Of a DNA stretch of 64,000 bases, positions 10,616-20,077 are shown one piece after another. Positions within the stretch are counted from its first letter, which is position 1. Each line of letters opens with the position of its first letter. The stretch is from positions 118,081 to 182,080 of the IMG/VR virus record IMGVR_UViG_3300028886_000034, one strand, 5' to 3'. Made by a program: the position numbers and the translations under genes. A model generated the notes under the pieces. It was not told where the DNA came from. It saw only the letters and a program-made list of their open reading frames with translations, and ran no database searches. This DNA is from a virus (lineage: Duplodnaviria > Heunggongvirae > Uroviricota > Caudoviricetes).

Positions 10616-12127
10616 ATGTATGATTCCTATTCAGCTCTACTTAAATTTGTAGAGACTAATTATGATACAATAAAAGAGTGTTTAGATGCTGCTGATAGTC
10701 TTAAAATGACAGAAATGTTTATGGAAGGAGAAGATTTATCAGCAGTTCAAGATGCTCAATCAAATGTAGAAAATCCTGATGATGGAGAACATGATCAGGA
10801 TCAGGGAGCAACTGGAGATAGATTTAATGATTTTATGGATCAGATTCCTCAAATGAATCCCTCTAATCCAGATGCAGATAATCCTGAAGGGGATAGTTAT
10901 GATGCAGATGATGCACCTCCTCAGTATGACGATAGTTCTTTTGATGGAGATGAACAAGCTCCTGATGAAGAAGGTAATCCAGATGATTTAATGAGTGGCC
11001 AGGGTTTTGATAGCATGGAAATGCCCCAAATGATACCACCTATGGGATATCCTCAGATGGGTATGCCTGGAGCTATGCCTATGATGCAGCCTATGCCAGC
11101 TATGCCAATGCAAATGCCTATGACAGGTATGCCTCCTATGGGTATGGGAATGCCAATGCAACAGCCAATGGTTCAGCCTATACCTGTTCCAGTGTATATG
11201 CCGCAGCCTCAAGCAGCTCCTCCTGCGCCTGCACCTGACCCTAATGCACAGCAGCCACCTGCACCTCCGCCTCCTCCGGCAGAAGATCCTAATACCCCAC
11301 CCCCTTCTGATCCTATGGCTGGTGGAGATATGGGAATGGGGGATCCGAATGCTGCACCTCCTCCACCCCCCGAAGACATTCAGTCAGTAGACCAGATTCC
11401 TGGTGCTGACGCTATGGGCGGTGGTGCCCTTCCAGATATGGGTGGAGATCCTAATGCTGCTCCTCCAGGTGGTGATATGCCTCCTGCCGATCCTAATGGA
11501 GCTCCTCCTCCTGGTGGAGATATGGCTGAAGGAATGGGTATGATGCCTCCGGATCCTAATGCTCCGGCTGACCCTATGGCTGGTGGTATGGATCCAAATG
11601 CTATGGGTGGAATGGGCATGGATCCAATGGCTGGCGGAGACCCTAATGCAATGGGTATGGGAGATCCTAATGCTATGCCCCCTGATGGTGGGATGGGTAT
11701 GGATCCAAATGCACTACCTCCTGATGGTGGAATGCCTCCTGATCCTAATGCTCCTCCCCCTGATCCAAATGCACCTCCAGCAGATCCTAATGACCCTAAT
11801 GCTGCTGGTGCAGAACCTCCAGTTGATGAAAATCAGAGACTTTCAGCTAACATTGATCAATTGAATAAACTTCATACTCAGATAAGTAATCTTTCTGAAA
11901 AGATTAATAATAAAAAAATATCTAATATGAAGTCAGCTATTTCAACTTTAATTAATGGTATATCAGATAAGATTAGCACTTTGCGTGATAAGCCCGAATT
12001 GCCAAAACTTAATGATATGATTGAAAAACTCATTTCAACTAATATTGATGAACTTAATTCTATTATAGATAATAAGAAGCAATCTGATGCTGAAGAAGCA
12101 TCTAAAGAAGATATGAAAAAGAACTAA
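10616..12127 (+). CDS. Pro/Met/Gly-rich low-complexity protein with C-terminal coiled coil
   Basis: 503 aa with DPNAxPP and GGxMGM repeats; directly after the portal. Confidence 0.7.
   Translation: MYDSYSALLKFVETNYDTIKECLDAADSLKMTEMFMEGEDLSAVQDAQSNVENPDDGEHDQDQGATGDRFNDFMDQIPQMNPSNPDADNPEGDSYDADDAPPQYDDSSFDGDEQAPDEEGNPDDLMSGQGFDSMEMPQMIPPMGYPQMGMPGAMPMMQPMPAMPMQMPMTGMPPMGMGMPMQQPMVQPIPVPVYMPQPQAAPPAPAPDPNAQQPPAPPPPPAEDPNTPPPSDPMAGGDMGMGDPNAAPPPPPEDIQSVDQIPGADAMGGGALPDMGGDPNAAPPGGDMPPADPNGAPPPGGDMAEGMGMMPPDPNAPADPMAGGMDPNAMGGMGMDPMAGGDPNAMGMGDPNAMPPDGGMGMDPNALPPDGGMPPDPNAPPPDPNAPPADPNDPNAAGAEPPVDENQRLSANIDQLNKLHTQISNLSEKINNKKISNMKSAISTLINGISDKISTLRDKPELPKLNDMIEKLISTNIDELNSIIDNKKQSDAEEASKEDMKKN
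11284..11820 (+). repeat. Degenerate coding repeats GATCC(T/A)AATGC.. (DPNA units)
   Basis: More than ten DPNA/DPMA units visible in the translation and DNA. Confidence 0.7.
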
Positions 12128-12130
12128 AAT

Positions 12131-12170
12131 AAGAAGAGAACCCTCACATGAGGGTTCTCTTCTTCTATTT
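12131..12170. terminator. Bidirectional intrinsic terminator
   Basis: Perfect 15-bp stem AAGAAGAGAACCCTC/GAGGGTTCTCTTCTT between convergent genes. Confidence 0.85.
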
Positions 12171-12411
12171 AACTATTAGGTGTTACAGTTACCTGACCAT
12201 TAGATCTAGTTATTGTATAATCCTCAATTGTATAAAACTGCGATGCTTTGTTTGACCAATTAGTTGCATTTTTATATGTATCAAGTAATGCAGATGGTAC
12301 TAATATCTTACATCCAGAAGGAATAGTACCACAAGTAAAATCTTTCATTTCAAACTTATATGTGGGTGAGCTAATAATAAGATATTGTAATGCAGAGCAT
12401 CCAGTAAACAT
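12169..12411 (-). CDS. Orphan C-terminal fragment of a BspA-like LRR protein
   Basis: MFTGCSALQYLII and ILVPSALLDTYKNATNWS are typical LRR_5 capping segments. No RBS; in frame with the upstream gene after its TAA. Confidence 0.45.
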   Translation of the reverse strand: MFTGCSALQYLIISSPTYKFEMKDFTCGTIPSGCKILVPSALLDTYKNATNWSNKASQFYTIEDYTITRSNGQVTVTPNS

Positions 12412-12435
12412 ATTGGGGGATAGGATTATTTTTTT

Positions 12436-14634
12436 TTAACTTTCAGTTACTGGGAATTTAATACTTTGAATTGCTAAACGATCCCAATTTGAATTTACAT
12501 AAGAATCTTTTCTATAAAAGAAACATAAGTAGTAATCAGTATTAGGAGTAAGTGTTGAAGATGTAACTGTTTTAAATGTAGTGCTCTGATTATTATATCC
12601 TTGATAAAGTATTTCTCCATAAGTAGAATCAATTTGACCAGCACCAGTTAGTATTAGACTGTTTGAAGAAGGTAAGGTTCCACTAGTATTAATAAATACA
12701 ATTCCATAGTCAGAGTAATTTTCTGCATAACAAGTACATACAACTGTTACTCTCAAATAATCTTCAACTAAAGTATTAGGAGTTTTAAATTTGATATAAC
12801 CAGTAGAAAATCCATTACTTACTTTATATGACTTTGAACCAGATACAATACAGGAAGCAGGGGTTTTAGTATTATCAAAAATTGTAAAATTATTATCATC
12901 GATTAAGTTATTTAAATAGCTACTATTACTTGTAAATGGATAACTTAGTTCAATAAATTTAGCATTTATTGTCTGTAATGTTATATCAATCGTATTATCA
13001 GATGGAGTTATAGTATTTAAAACTGTTTCATAGTTATCCGATCTGATTTTATAAGTTAATTGTGTATTATTTGGAACTTTAATAGTTGTAAAAGTTTGAG
13101 TAGTATTAGTATTTACAGATCTAGTTTCAGTTTTAAAAGTAATGCCATCTACTATATAATCTACAGTTAAAATAGTAGAGGAAACGTCAGTAAGTGTTGG
13201 AACAGTTACATTTAAAGTTGTACTTTTTCCAGTACTTGACATAGTAATATTTTCAGTTAAAGTTTGATTTTCATTTTCTATTGTAGCTGTTTTAGTTCCT
13301 TTATAAAGACAATAGTCATCTTTATATACATAATAAGTATTAGTTACATCTGGATCTACAAGAAAAGGACTAGCAGTAACTTGGTCATTAAGATAAATAG
13401 TACAATCAGAAATATTTGGAACTATATCTACATAAATAAGACCTAAGTCATAATAAATAGTAGCATTAGATGCTCCAAATTTCATACTATAATTTCTATG
13501 AGATTTTATTGTAGATTCTGAATCAGCTCTAAAATGTAATTCTGTAATTCCTGTACAACCACTAAATGCATTATATAGAGAATCATTTTGTATAGTAGTA
13601 AGTTTAGGAAAATTTACGATTCCAGATATATTTGCTCCTGAAAATATTTGTCTCATAGCACTAGAGCCTAATGATTTTAGTTTTGGAAAAGAAACTGAAG
13701 TTATACCAGAACAACTGATAAAAGCATTCTTCATTCCATATTCCTCTACAGTTTCTAATTCAGTAAAATCTATTGAAGAAGTTATACCAGAACAACCAGA
13801 AAATGCAGATTGTAAACCGTATTGACCAACAGTTTTTAATTTTGAAAGATTAACAGAAGTTATTCCAGTAATATTAGGAAAAGCTCCTTCTAATCCACGA
13901 TAGCCAATATCAGTTAATTTTGAAAAATTGATAGATCCAGATAAATTTGTACAACCTGTAAAACCATATGCTAGGCCATTTTTTCCAATAGTAGTTACTT
14001 TTGGAAAAGAAATTGAAGTTAAATTTGTGCAATCTTCACATAAATAATAAAGACTAGCATCACCTATAGTAGTTAATTCAGGAAATGAGATTGAAGTTAA
14101 TAAAGTAGAATATCTAAAACCGCAATACAAAGCGTCTTCACCTAAACTAACTAATTTAGGAAAAGAGATAGTTGTAAAATTTGCTTTAGAACTACCTGCA
14201 AAGCCAGAGAGACCATAATCTCCAACAGTTAATAATTCAGGAAAAGAAATTGAGGTTATTCCAGTAGATTCTTGAAAAATTCCATATAATCCAAAATCAC
14301 CAATAGTAGTTAATTTAGGAAATGAAATCGAACCAGAAATATTTGTACAATTTTTAAATGCATAATTTAAACCATTTTCCTCTACAGTAGTTAATTCAGG
14401 AAAAGAGACTGAAGTTATATTTGTACAATCTAAAAATGCATAATTTAAACCATTGTCTTCAATAATTTCTAAATCTGGAAAAGAAACTGATTCTATATTG
14501 GGATTTTTCGAAAAATAGTATTCTAGAGCTTTAGAAGATATTTTATCTATATCTTCAAAAATTAAATTCACATCTTTATCATTAGCAACTATAACTCCAT
14601 TTTCAATTTGATATTTAGAATATACATTACTCAT
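12436..14634 (-). CDS. BspA-like leucine-rich repeat (LRR_5) protein
   Basis: About 14 repeats of type AFxxCTxLTSISFPxLTTIG, then a beta-rich C-terminal region. Confidence 0.85.
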   Translation of the reverse strand: MSNVYSKYQIENGVIVANDKDVNLIFEDIDKISSKALEYYFSKNPNIESVSFPDLEIIEDNGLNYAFLDCTNITSVSFPELTTVEENGLNYAFKNCTNISGSISFPKLTTIGDFGLYGIFQESTGITSISFPELLTVGDYGLSGFAGSSKANFTTISFPKLVSLGEDALYCGFRYSTLLTSISFPELTTIGDASLYYLCEDCTNLTSISFPKVTTIGKNGLAYGFTGCTNLSGSINFSKLTDIGYRGLEGAFPNITGITSVNLSKLKTVGQYGLQSAFSGCSGITSSIDFTELETVEEYGMKNAFISCSGITSVSFPKLKSLGSSAMRQIFSGANISGIVNFPKLTTIQNDSLYNAFSGCTGITELHFRADSESTIKSHRNYSMKFGASNATIYYDLGLIYVDIVPNISDCTIYLNDQVTASPFLVDPDVTNTYYVYKDDYCLYKGTKTATIENENQTLTENITMSSTGKSTTLNVTVPTLTDVSSTILTVDYIVDGITFKTETRSVNTNTTQTFTTIKVPNNTQLTYKIRSDNYETVLNTITPSDNTIDITLQTINAKFIELSYPFTSNSSYLNNLIDDNNFTIFDNTKTPASCIVSGSKSYKVSNGFSTGYIKFKTPNTLVEDYLRVTVVCTCYAENYSDYGIVFINTSGTLPSSNSLILTGAGQIDSTYGEILYQGYNNQSTTFKTVTSSTLTPNTDYYLCFFYRKDSYVNSNWDRLAIQSIKFPVTES

Positions 14635-14662
14635 ATTTTAATACCACCATTTTATTTTTTTT

Positions 14663-16621
14663 TTAATTTTCAACTGGAATCTTAATATTTTGAATTGCAA
14701 AACGATCCCAGCCAGAATTAGCAGAACTATCTTTTCTATAATAGAAGCATAAATAATAAGTAGTAGAAGGATTAAGAATTTTAGTAACAGTTCTAAATGT
14801 TGAACTTTGATTATCATAGCCCTGGAAAAGTATTTCTCCATAGGTAGAATCGGTTGATCCAGCACTAGTTGTTAATGAAACATTTGAACTAGGTATAGCC
14901 CCTGTAGTATTAATAAATACGACACCATAATCATATGAAGATTCAGCATAATTAGTACAAGTAACAGAAACAGTTAAGAAATCTTCGTCATCGGTATCCG
15001 GTGTTGTAAATTCAATATATCCAGTAGAGAATCCATCATCTACATTATATGACTTAGGACCAGAAGCAATACATGAAGCAGGAGTAGAATTATCATCTAA
15101 AATAACAAAATTGTTATTATCAACTAAATTAGATAAGTAACTACTATTACTTGTAAATGGATAAGCAAATTCAAGAACTTCTGCACTAGAAGCTGCTAAT
15201 GTAATATTGATAGTATTATTAGAAGGTGTTACAGTATTTGTAATACCATTATACCCTTTTGTTTTAATTTTATAAGTAATCTGAGTACCATCTGAAACTT
15301 TTGGAGAACTAGATGTTTGAGTACTATTAGTACTTATTCCATTTTTAGTATCAGTTTTAAAAGTAATACCGTCTATTATATATTCTATAATCATATTAGT
15401 AGTAGAAATATCATTGTTTATTGGAAATGTAATATTTAAAGTAACTATCTTACCAGTACTTGTCATTGTGATATTTTCAGTTAAAGTCTGATTTTCATCA
15501 CTTGCTGATGGAGTCTTAGTTCCTTTATAAAGACAGTATCCATCTTTATATGCATAATAAACATTTTCTGTCTCAGTATACATATTTAAAGGATTAGTAC
15601 TTGTTTTTCCTCTAATATAAAAAGTACAATCAGAAATATTTGGTGTTATGTTAACATATGATAATCCTAAATCACAATAGATGGTAGCATTAGAAGCACC
15701 AAATTTATCAGAATAATCTTCAAGAGTTTTTACTGTATCTTCTATTTCAGCTCTAAAGTGTATTTCTCTTAAATTTGTGCAATTATAAAATGCGCCATTT
15801 AAGCCTGTATTTGCGATATTTTTTAATTTAGGAAAAGAGATTGAATCAGTTAAAGCAGTACAGCCATTAAATATACCATCTAATCCATAATTTCCAATAG
15901 TAGTTAATTTTGGAAAAGATGCTGATCTTAGATTTGTACAACTAATAAAAGTAGCATGAAAAGCATGATCACCTACTTCAACTAGTTCAGGAAAACTTAT
16001 AGATGTTAAACTCGTACATCTTTCAAATGCATAATAAAATAAATCAAATGAATTTTCAATAGTACCAACATATGCTAATTTTGGAAAATCTATAGAAGTT
16101 AAACTTGTACAACCTTGAAAAGTTTCATTAAAACAATAGCTTCCATTAACAGTAGTTAATTCTGGAAAAGATACAGTAGGTAATCTTGTACAATTTTTAA
16201 ATGTACTTCCAAGTGAATATTCGCTAATTAAATTAGTTAATTTCGAAAAAGTTGCAGAAATTATATTTGAGCAATTTAAAAAGGCATTACTTAGACCATA
16301 ATTATCAATATCAGTTAATTCTAAGAAAGATACTGAAGTTATATTTGTACAATTCTTAAATGCACAATTTAAACCATTAGCATTTACTTTAGTTAAATCT
16401 GGGAAAATTATATTCCCGCTTAAACCTGTACAATCAGCAAATGCACAATAAAGAGCATAAGATTCAATTTCATCTACATTATCAAAAGCATTATTAAGAT
16501 TAAAAGATTGTGTAATTATTATATCATTTTGATTATTTATACTATATTTAGGTACACCATCTCTAGTAACTATTATATTACTTCCAGTATTTTTAAGTAA
16601 AATATTTCGTCTTTGATACAT
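14663..16621 (-). CDS. BspA-like LRR_5 protein, tandem paralog of 12436-14634
   Basis: Same repeat type. C-terminal region aligns by eye (YPFTSNSSYL, GVVFINT, YYLCFYYRKDS, WDR). Confidence 0.85.
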   Translation of the reverse strand: MYQRRNILLKNTGSNIIVTRDGVPKYSINNQNDIIITQSFNLNNAFDNVDEIESYALYCAFADCTGLSGNIIFPDLTKVNANGLNCAFKNCTNITSVSFLELTDIDNYGLSNAFLNCSNIISATFSKLTNLISEYSLGSTFKNCTRLPTVSFPELTTVNGSYCFNETFQGCTSLTSIDFPKLAYVGTIENSFDLFYYAFERCTSLTSISFPELVEVGDHAFHATFISCTNLRSASFPKLTTIGNYGLDGIFNGCTALTDSISFPKLKNIANTGLNGAFYNCTNLREIHFRAEIEDTVKTLEDYSDKFGASNATIYCDLGLSYVNITPNISDCTFYIRGKTSTNPLNMYTETENVYYAYKDGYCLYKGTKTPSASDENQTLTENITMTSTGKIVTLNITFPINNDISTTNMIIEYIIDGITFKTDTKNGISTNSTQTSSSPKVSDGTQITYKIKTKGYNGITNTVTPSNNTINITLAASSAEVLEFAYPFTSNSSYLSNLVDNNNFVILDDNSTPASCIASGPKSYNVDDGFSTGYIEFTTPDTDDEDFLTVSVTCTNYAESSYDYGVVFINTTGAIPSSNVSLTTSAGSTDSTYGEILFQGYDNQSSTFRTVTKILNPSTTYYLCFYYRKDSSANSGWDRFAIQNIKIPVEN

Positions 16622-16634
16622 AATAGAACCTCAA

Positions 16635-17285
16635 TTAATTTGAAGAAGTTACAAAACAAGAGCCATACCATGAAGTTCCATTGTCAAATGTAACTAAAGT
16701 AACGATATTACTAGTTCCAAGTTCAGGGGCAATAGCACTCTTCTCCCAATGAACTGTATTTGGCCATGAAACTGCAATATCAGTAGAAGAAAGAGTTAAA
16801 AGTAATGTAATAGTACTTCCTGTAGCTGAAACCTCTGCTTCAGTATAATTAGAACCGATTGTATCAGATAAAGTAATAATAGTAGCAGCAGAGAGAGAAG
16901 CTTTAAATAAACTTCCATCTTGAGGATTTAAAGTTAAAATAGAATCATTAGGAGCTACTAATTTTATTTTTTCAATACCTTTTCCTAATCTAGTTTCAAC
17001 TTGACTTGAAGTTACAAAATTACTAACATCTGGAATCGTAGGTTTATTATCTAAATCATTATAATTCCCAGAGAATAATGTGGGCTTATTATCTAGATCA
17101 GTATAATCGCCAGAAAATAATGTTGGTTTATTATCCAAATCATTATAGCTTCCAGAAGTAGCTATAGTAGCTAAATCAGAAGTATTTGCTTTACTATTTA
17201 ACTCTGTTTTAGTTGCATAATTACTTAAATCTATACTGGATGCTAATCTTTTTTGTAAAGAATCTAAAGTAGATATAAATGCCAT
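16635..17285 (-). CDS. Tail-fibre-associated structural protein
   Basis: SGxYxDLDNKPT repeats. C-terminal domain ending VTFDNGTSWYG is similar to the region flanking the intron in the 35035 gene. Confidence 0.6.
   Translation of the reverse strand: MAFISTLDSLQKRLASSIDLSNYATKTELNSKANTSDLATIATSGSYNDLDNKPTLFSGDYTDLDNKPTLFSGNYNDLDNKPTIPDVSNFVTSSQVETRLGKGIEKIKLVAPNDSILTLNPQDGSLFKASLSAATIITLSDTIGSNYTEAEVSATGSTITLLLTLSSTDIAVSWPNTVHWEKSAIAPELGTSNIVTLVTFDNGTSWYGSCFVTSSN
17041..17160 (-). repeat. 42-bp coding tandem repeat x3 (SGDYTDLDNKPTLF)
   Basis: Three near-identical units read directly. Confidence 0.85.
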
Positions 17286-17356
17286 AGTTATATTTTGATA
17301 CCTCCAATTATAATTAATATTTATTATTAAAATAGGAAAACTATATTAAACAACCT

Positions 17357-18382
17357 TTATGATGAAACTATTTGAGTTCCAGAAGTAGTTATACTAGCAG
17401 CTTGTCCTGCTGAAGAAGCATTATATAATGTCCAATTATTTTGATATGCATCTGTTCTAGTTCCTTCCGATAAAACTGAAAATCTTCTTCCAACCCAAGC
17501 AGCTGGTATGCTTGTCCATAATTCTGCTGTAGAAGAAGCTGCTGTTGGTAATACTAAAACAAACTCATTAGTAGCAAACCCCGAATTAATTAACCATGTT
17601 ATAGTACAGACATTAGGATCCAATACTTTACTACCATTAGTTCTTAAATGTAATCGCAATATACCAAATGCATGACTACCATATGTCTGTTCTACTAAAA
17701 AGGTTATTTGCGGATCCCAGTTCTCAACATTACATAGCACTGAACATACTTTATACCAAGGATTTGTAGAAGTACTACTTGATTGCATTACCATACAACT
17801 TTTTAATCTAGCATAATCATTAGATGTGATATAATTTTGATTTTTAACAAATGCAGTAGTAGCAATTTGTGTATTGTTAGTACTAACAGCTGCTGTAGGA
17901 GCAGTAGGAGTTCCTGTTAAAGCTGGAGAAGCTAATGTAGCATAATTTTGTGCTTTAACATATGCGGTAGTTGCTATTTTAGTAGAATTATCAGATGTAC
18001 TAGGAGTAGGGGCATAAGTAATTGGAGTTCCATCAGGATTAATTGATACATATAGATCAGCGTAACTACCACCATCATCTTTAGTTGCTCTTAAACCAAC
18101 TCTATTATTATTAGTAGTAAAGTTTTTATTCCAGTAAATACTACCAATTATAGATGTCATATCCCCAGCATAACCACTAATCATTCTTTGATTTCTTTCT
18201 GAACTTATATTAATTAAAGCTAATCCAGTGTTATATCCAGAAGCTGCATTTATTTTAATAGTATGATGGAATGTCTTATCACCATCAATATCTTGTGCTG
18301 ATGATAAATCAACTACATCATCGTTAGATGGTGGGACTGGATAAATTTGATTTAATTTAAGTTTTGTTGTAATGAGAATCAC
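17357..18382 (-). CDS. Tail fibre protein
   Basis: Tail-fibre repeats APTPSTSDNSTKIATTAYVK and APTAAVSTNNTQIATTAFVK. N-terminus is similar to the 58110 gene. Confidence 0.7.
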   Translation of the reverse strand: MILITTKLKLNQIYPVPPSNDDVVDLSSAQDIDGDKTFHHTIKINAASGYNTGLALINISSERNQRMISGYAGDMTSIIGSIYWNKNFTTNNNRVGLRATKDDGGSYADLYVSINPDGTPITYAPTPSTSDNSTKIATTAYVKAQNYATLASPALTGTPTAPTAAVSTNNTQIATTAFVKNQNYITSNDYARLKSCMVMQSSSTSTNPWYKVCSVLCNVENWDPQITFLVEQTYGSHAFGILRLHLRTNGSKVLDPNVCTITWLINSGFATNEFVLVLPTAASSTAELWTSIPAAWVGRRFSVLSEGTRTDAYQNNWTLYNASSAGQAASITTSGTQIVSS

Positions 18383-18387
18383 CTTCT

Positions 18388-19242
18388 TTATTTATAAAAG
18401 CCATATGCAATCCATCTAACTGGTATAGACGTACTTGCAGCTATAGCTGTTACATTATACGTAAATCCAGTGGCAGTTTGATTAACTAAGACAGTTTTTT
18501 CTAGTTTACCAACGCCACCAACATCACCAACCTGAAGAGATACTCCATAGTTTGAATTAACAAAGGCTATAGGATAGGTACAAGTAACTGTGTTAGATTC
18601 GTATTGCCCATTTGTAACTGTAGAACCAGTACTAACAGAAGTAATACCCCATTGAAATACTATTCCAGATGCATATTTAATGTATCCGTTATCGGCTGTA
18701 ACACTAGTACTATCAACTCTTTCAACTTCTTTTCCACTATTAAGTGCTGTACCCCACATTAAATGACCATCTGGTCTACCTACTAAAATATAATTATTAG
18801 TAGACGTAGAACTTCTAGCATATAATGCAAAGTTGCCAGCTTCTGCTGTTGGATTACCAAAATTAAAACCTCTAAATATTATTCCTGGCCCTTTCCCCCA
18901 GTTAAAGCCATAGTGGGCATTTAATGAATCGTCAGTTAGCATATATCCATCGTTTTTGGAAGTAGTGTTATTTTGTAAGTATACTGGTCCAGTTATAGTG
19001 CCACCAGATAATGGTAAGTAATTGTTAAAAGTATTATCAATTGTGTCTAATCTATTATTTATACTGGTTAATGCAGTGTTATAGTCTGTAATATTTAATT
19101 TAGTATCTAAACTATTATTTATACTGGTTAATGTAGTATTATAGTCTGAAATATTTAATTTAGTACCTAAAGCAGTAGAAATCTCTTCAGCACTGGGTGG
19201 GCTGGGTGTTATTAAAAAGTTTGGCACTTTTGTTGTTGACAT
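18388..19242 (-). CDS. Tail fibre protein with gp53-like C-terminal domain
   Basis: YLPLSGGTITG, GYIKYASGIVFQWG, YPIAF and RWIAYG are typical fibre-tip segments. Confidence 0.7.
   Translation of the reverse strand: MSTTKVPNFLITPSPPSAEEISTALGTKLNISDYNTTLTSINNSLDTKLNITDYNTALTSINNRLDTIDNTFNNYLPLSGGTITGPVYLQNNTTSKNDGYMLTDDSLNAHYGFNWGKGPGIIFRGFNFGNPTAEAGNFALYARSSTSTNNYILVGRPDGHLMWGTALNSGKEVERVDSTSVTADNGYIKYASGIVFQWGITSVSTGSTVTNGQYESNTVTCTYPIAFVNSNYGVSLQVGDVGGVGKLEKTVLVNQTATGFTYNVTAIAASTSIPVRWIAYGFYK
19047..19167 (-). repeat. 60-bp coding tandem repeat x2 (TKLNIxDYNTxLTSINNxLD)
   Basis: Two adjacent near-identical units. Confidence 0.8.
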
Positions 19243-19278
19243 TGTGTTACAACTCCTTTTAGTATAAATGTTACCTTA

Positions 19279-19310
19279 TATTTGTTCAAATAAAATAATC
19301 CGAACAAATA
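19279..19310. promoter_or_regulatory. Back-to-back AACAAATA motifs (candidate divergent late promoters)
   Basis: TATTTGTT 19279-19286 (minus strand) and AACAAATA 19303-19310 (plus strand) between divergent genes. Confidence 0.5.
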
Positions 19311-19361
19311 TGGAGAGGCAGTATTATAATTAATAAATTTAAAAAGGAGTGAAATATAACC

Positions 19362-19928
19362 TTGCCGTCAATAAAGAAAATAAAAATAATGGCATCTCCC
19401 AATATCCCTAAGGAAGATGTTAAAGATATGCTTCATAATGGATTACATATGATGCATAAGTTTGAGGATGAGATGGATGATCATCCTTTTGGTCATAAGT
19501 TAATTTCAATTGGTAAACCCATGATGATGGGTGGATTACATAATGTTATGGATATGATGACTCCAGATCTTATGCCGCATTTATGCCATCATTTAGATCA
19601 TCATCCTGAATGTCATCATGGATGTGAACATCATCATGGCCCTAAATGTTGTAAAGAGTTTATTGGAAACATTTGTAAATGTCTTATATTATTTTTAATC
19701 TGGAAGATATTTGAATCTATTGATTGTAGATGTAAAGGTTTTAGTGAATCATATGTTTTAAATAAGTTTAAGAAAAACTTAAAAGAACAGTATGGTAAAA
19801 TTAATAAGATGAATAAATTATTCAATGAAACTACTTTAACTCTTAATGAAGATCATATTAATGCTATGAAAGTTAAGAGTTTAGTTATGTTAAGTAAGGA
19901 TTTAAATAATTTTTTTAAAAGAAAGTAA
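19362..19928 (+). CDS. His/Cys/Met-rich hypothetical protein
   Basis: Contains HLCHHLDHHPECHHGCEHHHGPKCC; AAGGAG RBS. Confidence 0.7.
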   Translation: MPSIKKIKIMASPNIPKEDVKDMLHNGLHMMHKFEDEMDDHPFGHKLISIGKPMMMGGLHNVMDMMTPDLMPHLCHHLDHHPECHHGCEHHHGPKCCKEFIGNICKCLILFLIWKIFESIDCRCKGFSESYVLNKFKKNLKEQYGKINKMNKLFNETTLTLNEDHINAMKVKSLVMLSKDLNNFFKRK

Positions 19929-20077
19929 GTAATTTAATTTTTAATAACGGAAAATGTCTGAATAAATGGAGATATTTTCTTCATTATTTTTAAGAAATAT
20001 TTTTAACAAATTATGATAAAATAATATTTAATTATTATTTATTTTTTATTTTTAATGAGGAGGTGAACTCCTAGAAA

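Noticed and set aside
10295-11864. His/Pro-rich or hydrophobic ORFs 10295-10504, 10760-10957, 10988-11212, 11380-11619, 11559-11864
   Set aside because: Antisense or alternative-frame shadows of the ATG/GGT/CCT repeats in the portal tail and the 10616 gene.
12436-16621. Diversity-generating retroelement acting on LRR or fibre C-termini
   Set aside because: No reverse transcriptase in the window, and the differences between paralog ends are not adenine-specific.
12169-19310. Invertible (shufflon-like) fibre cassette
   Set aside because: No recombinase and no inverted repeats at both borders were seen. The orientation is explained by divergent promoters and a bidirectional terminator.
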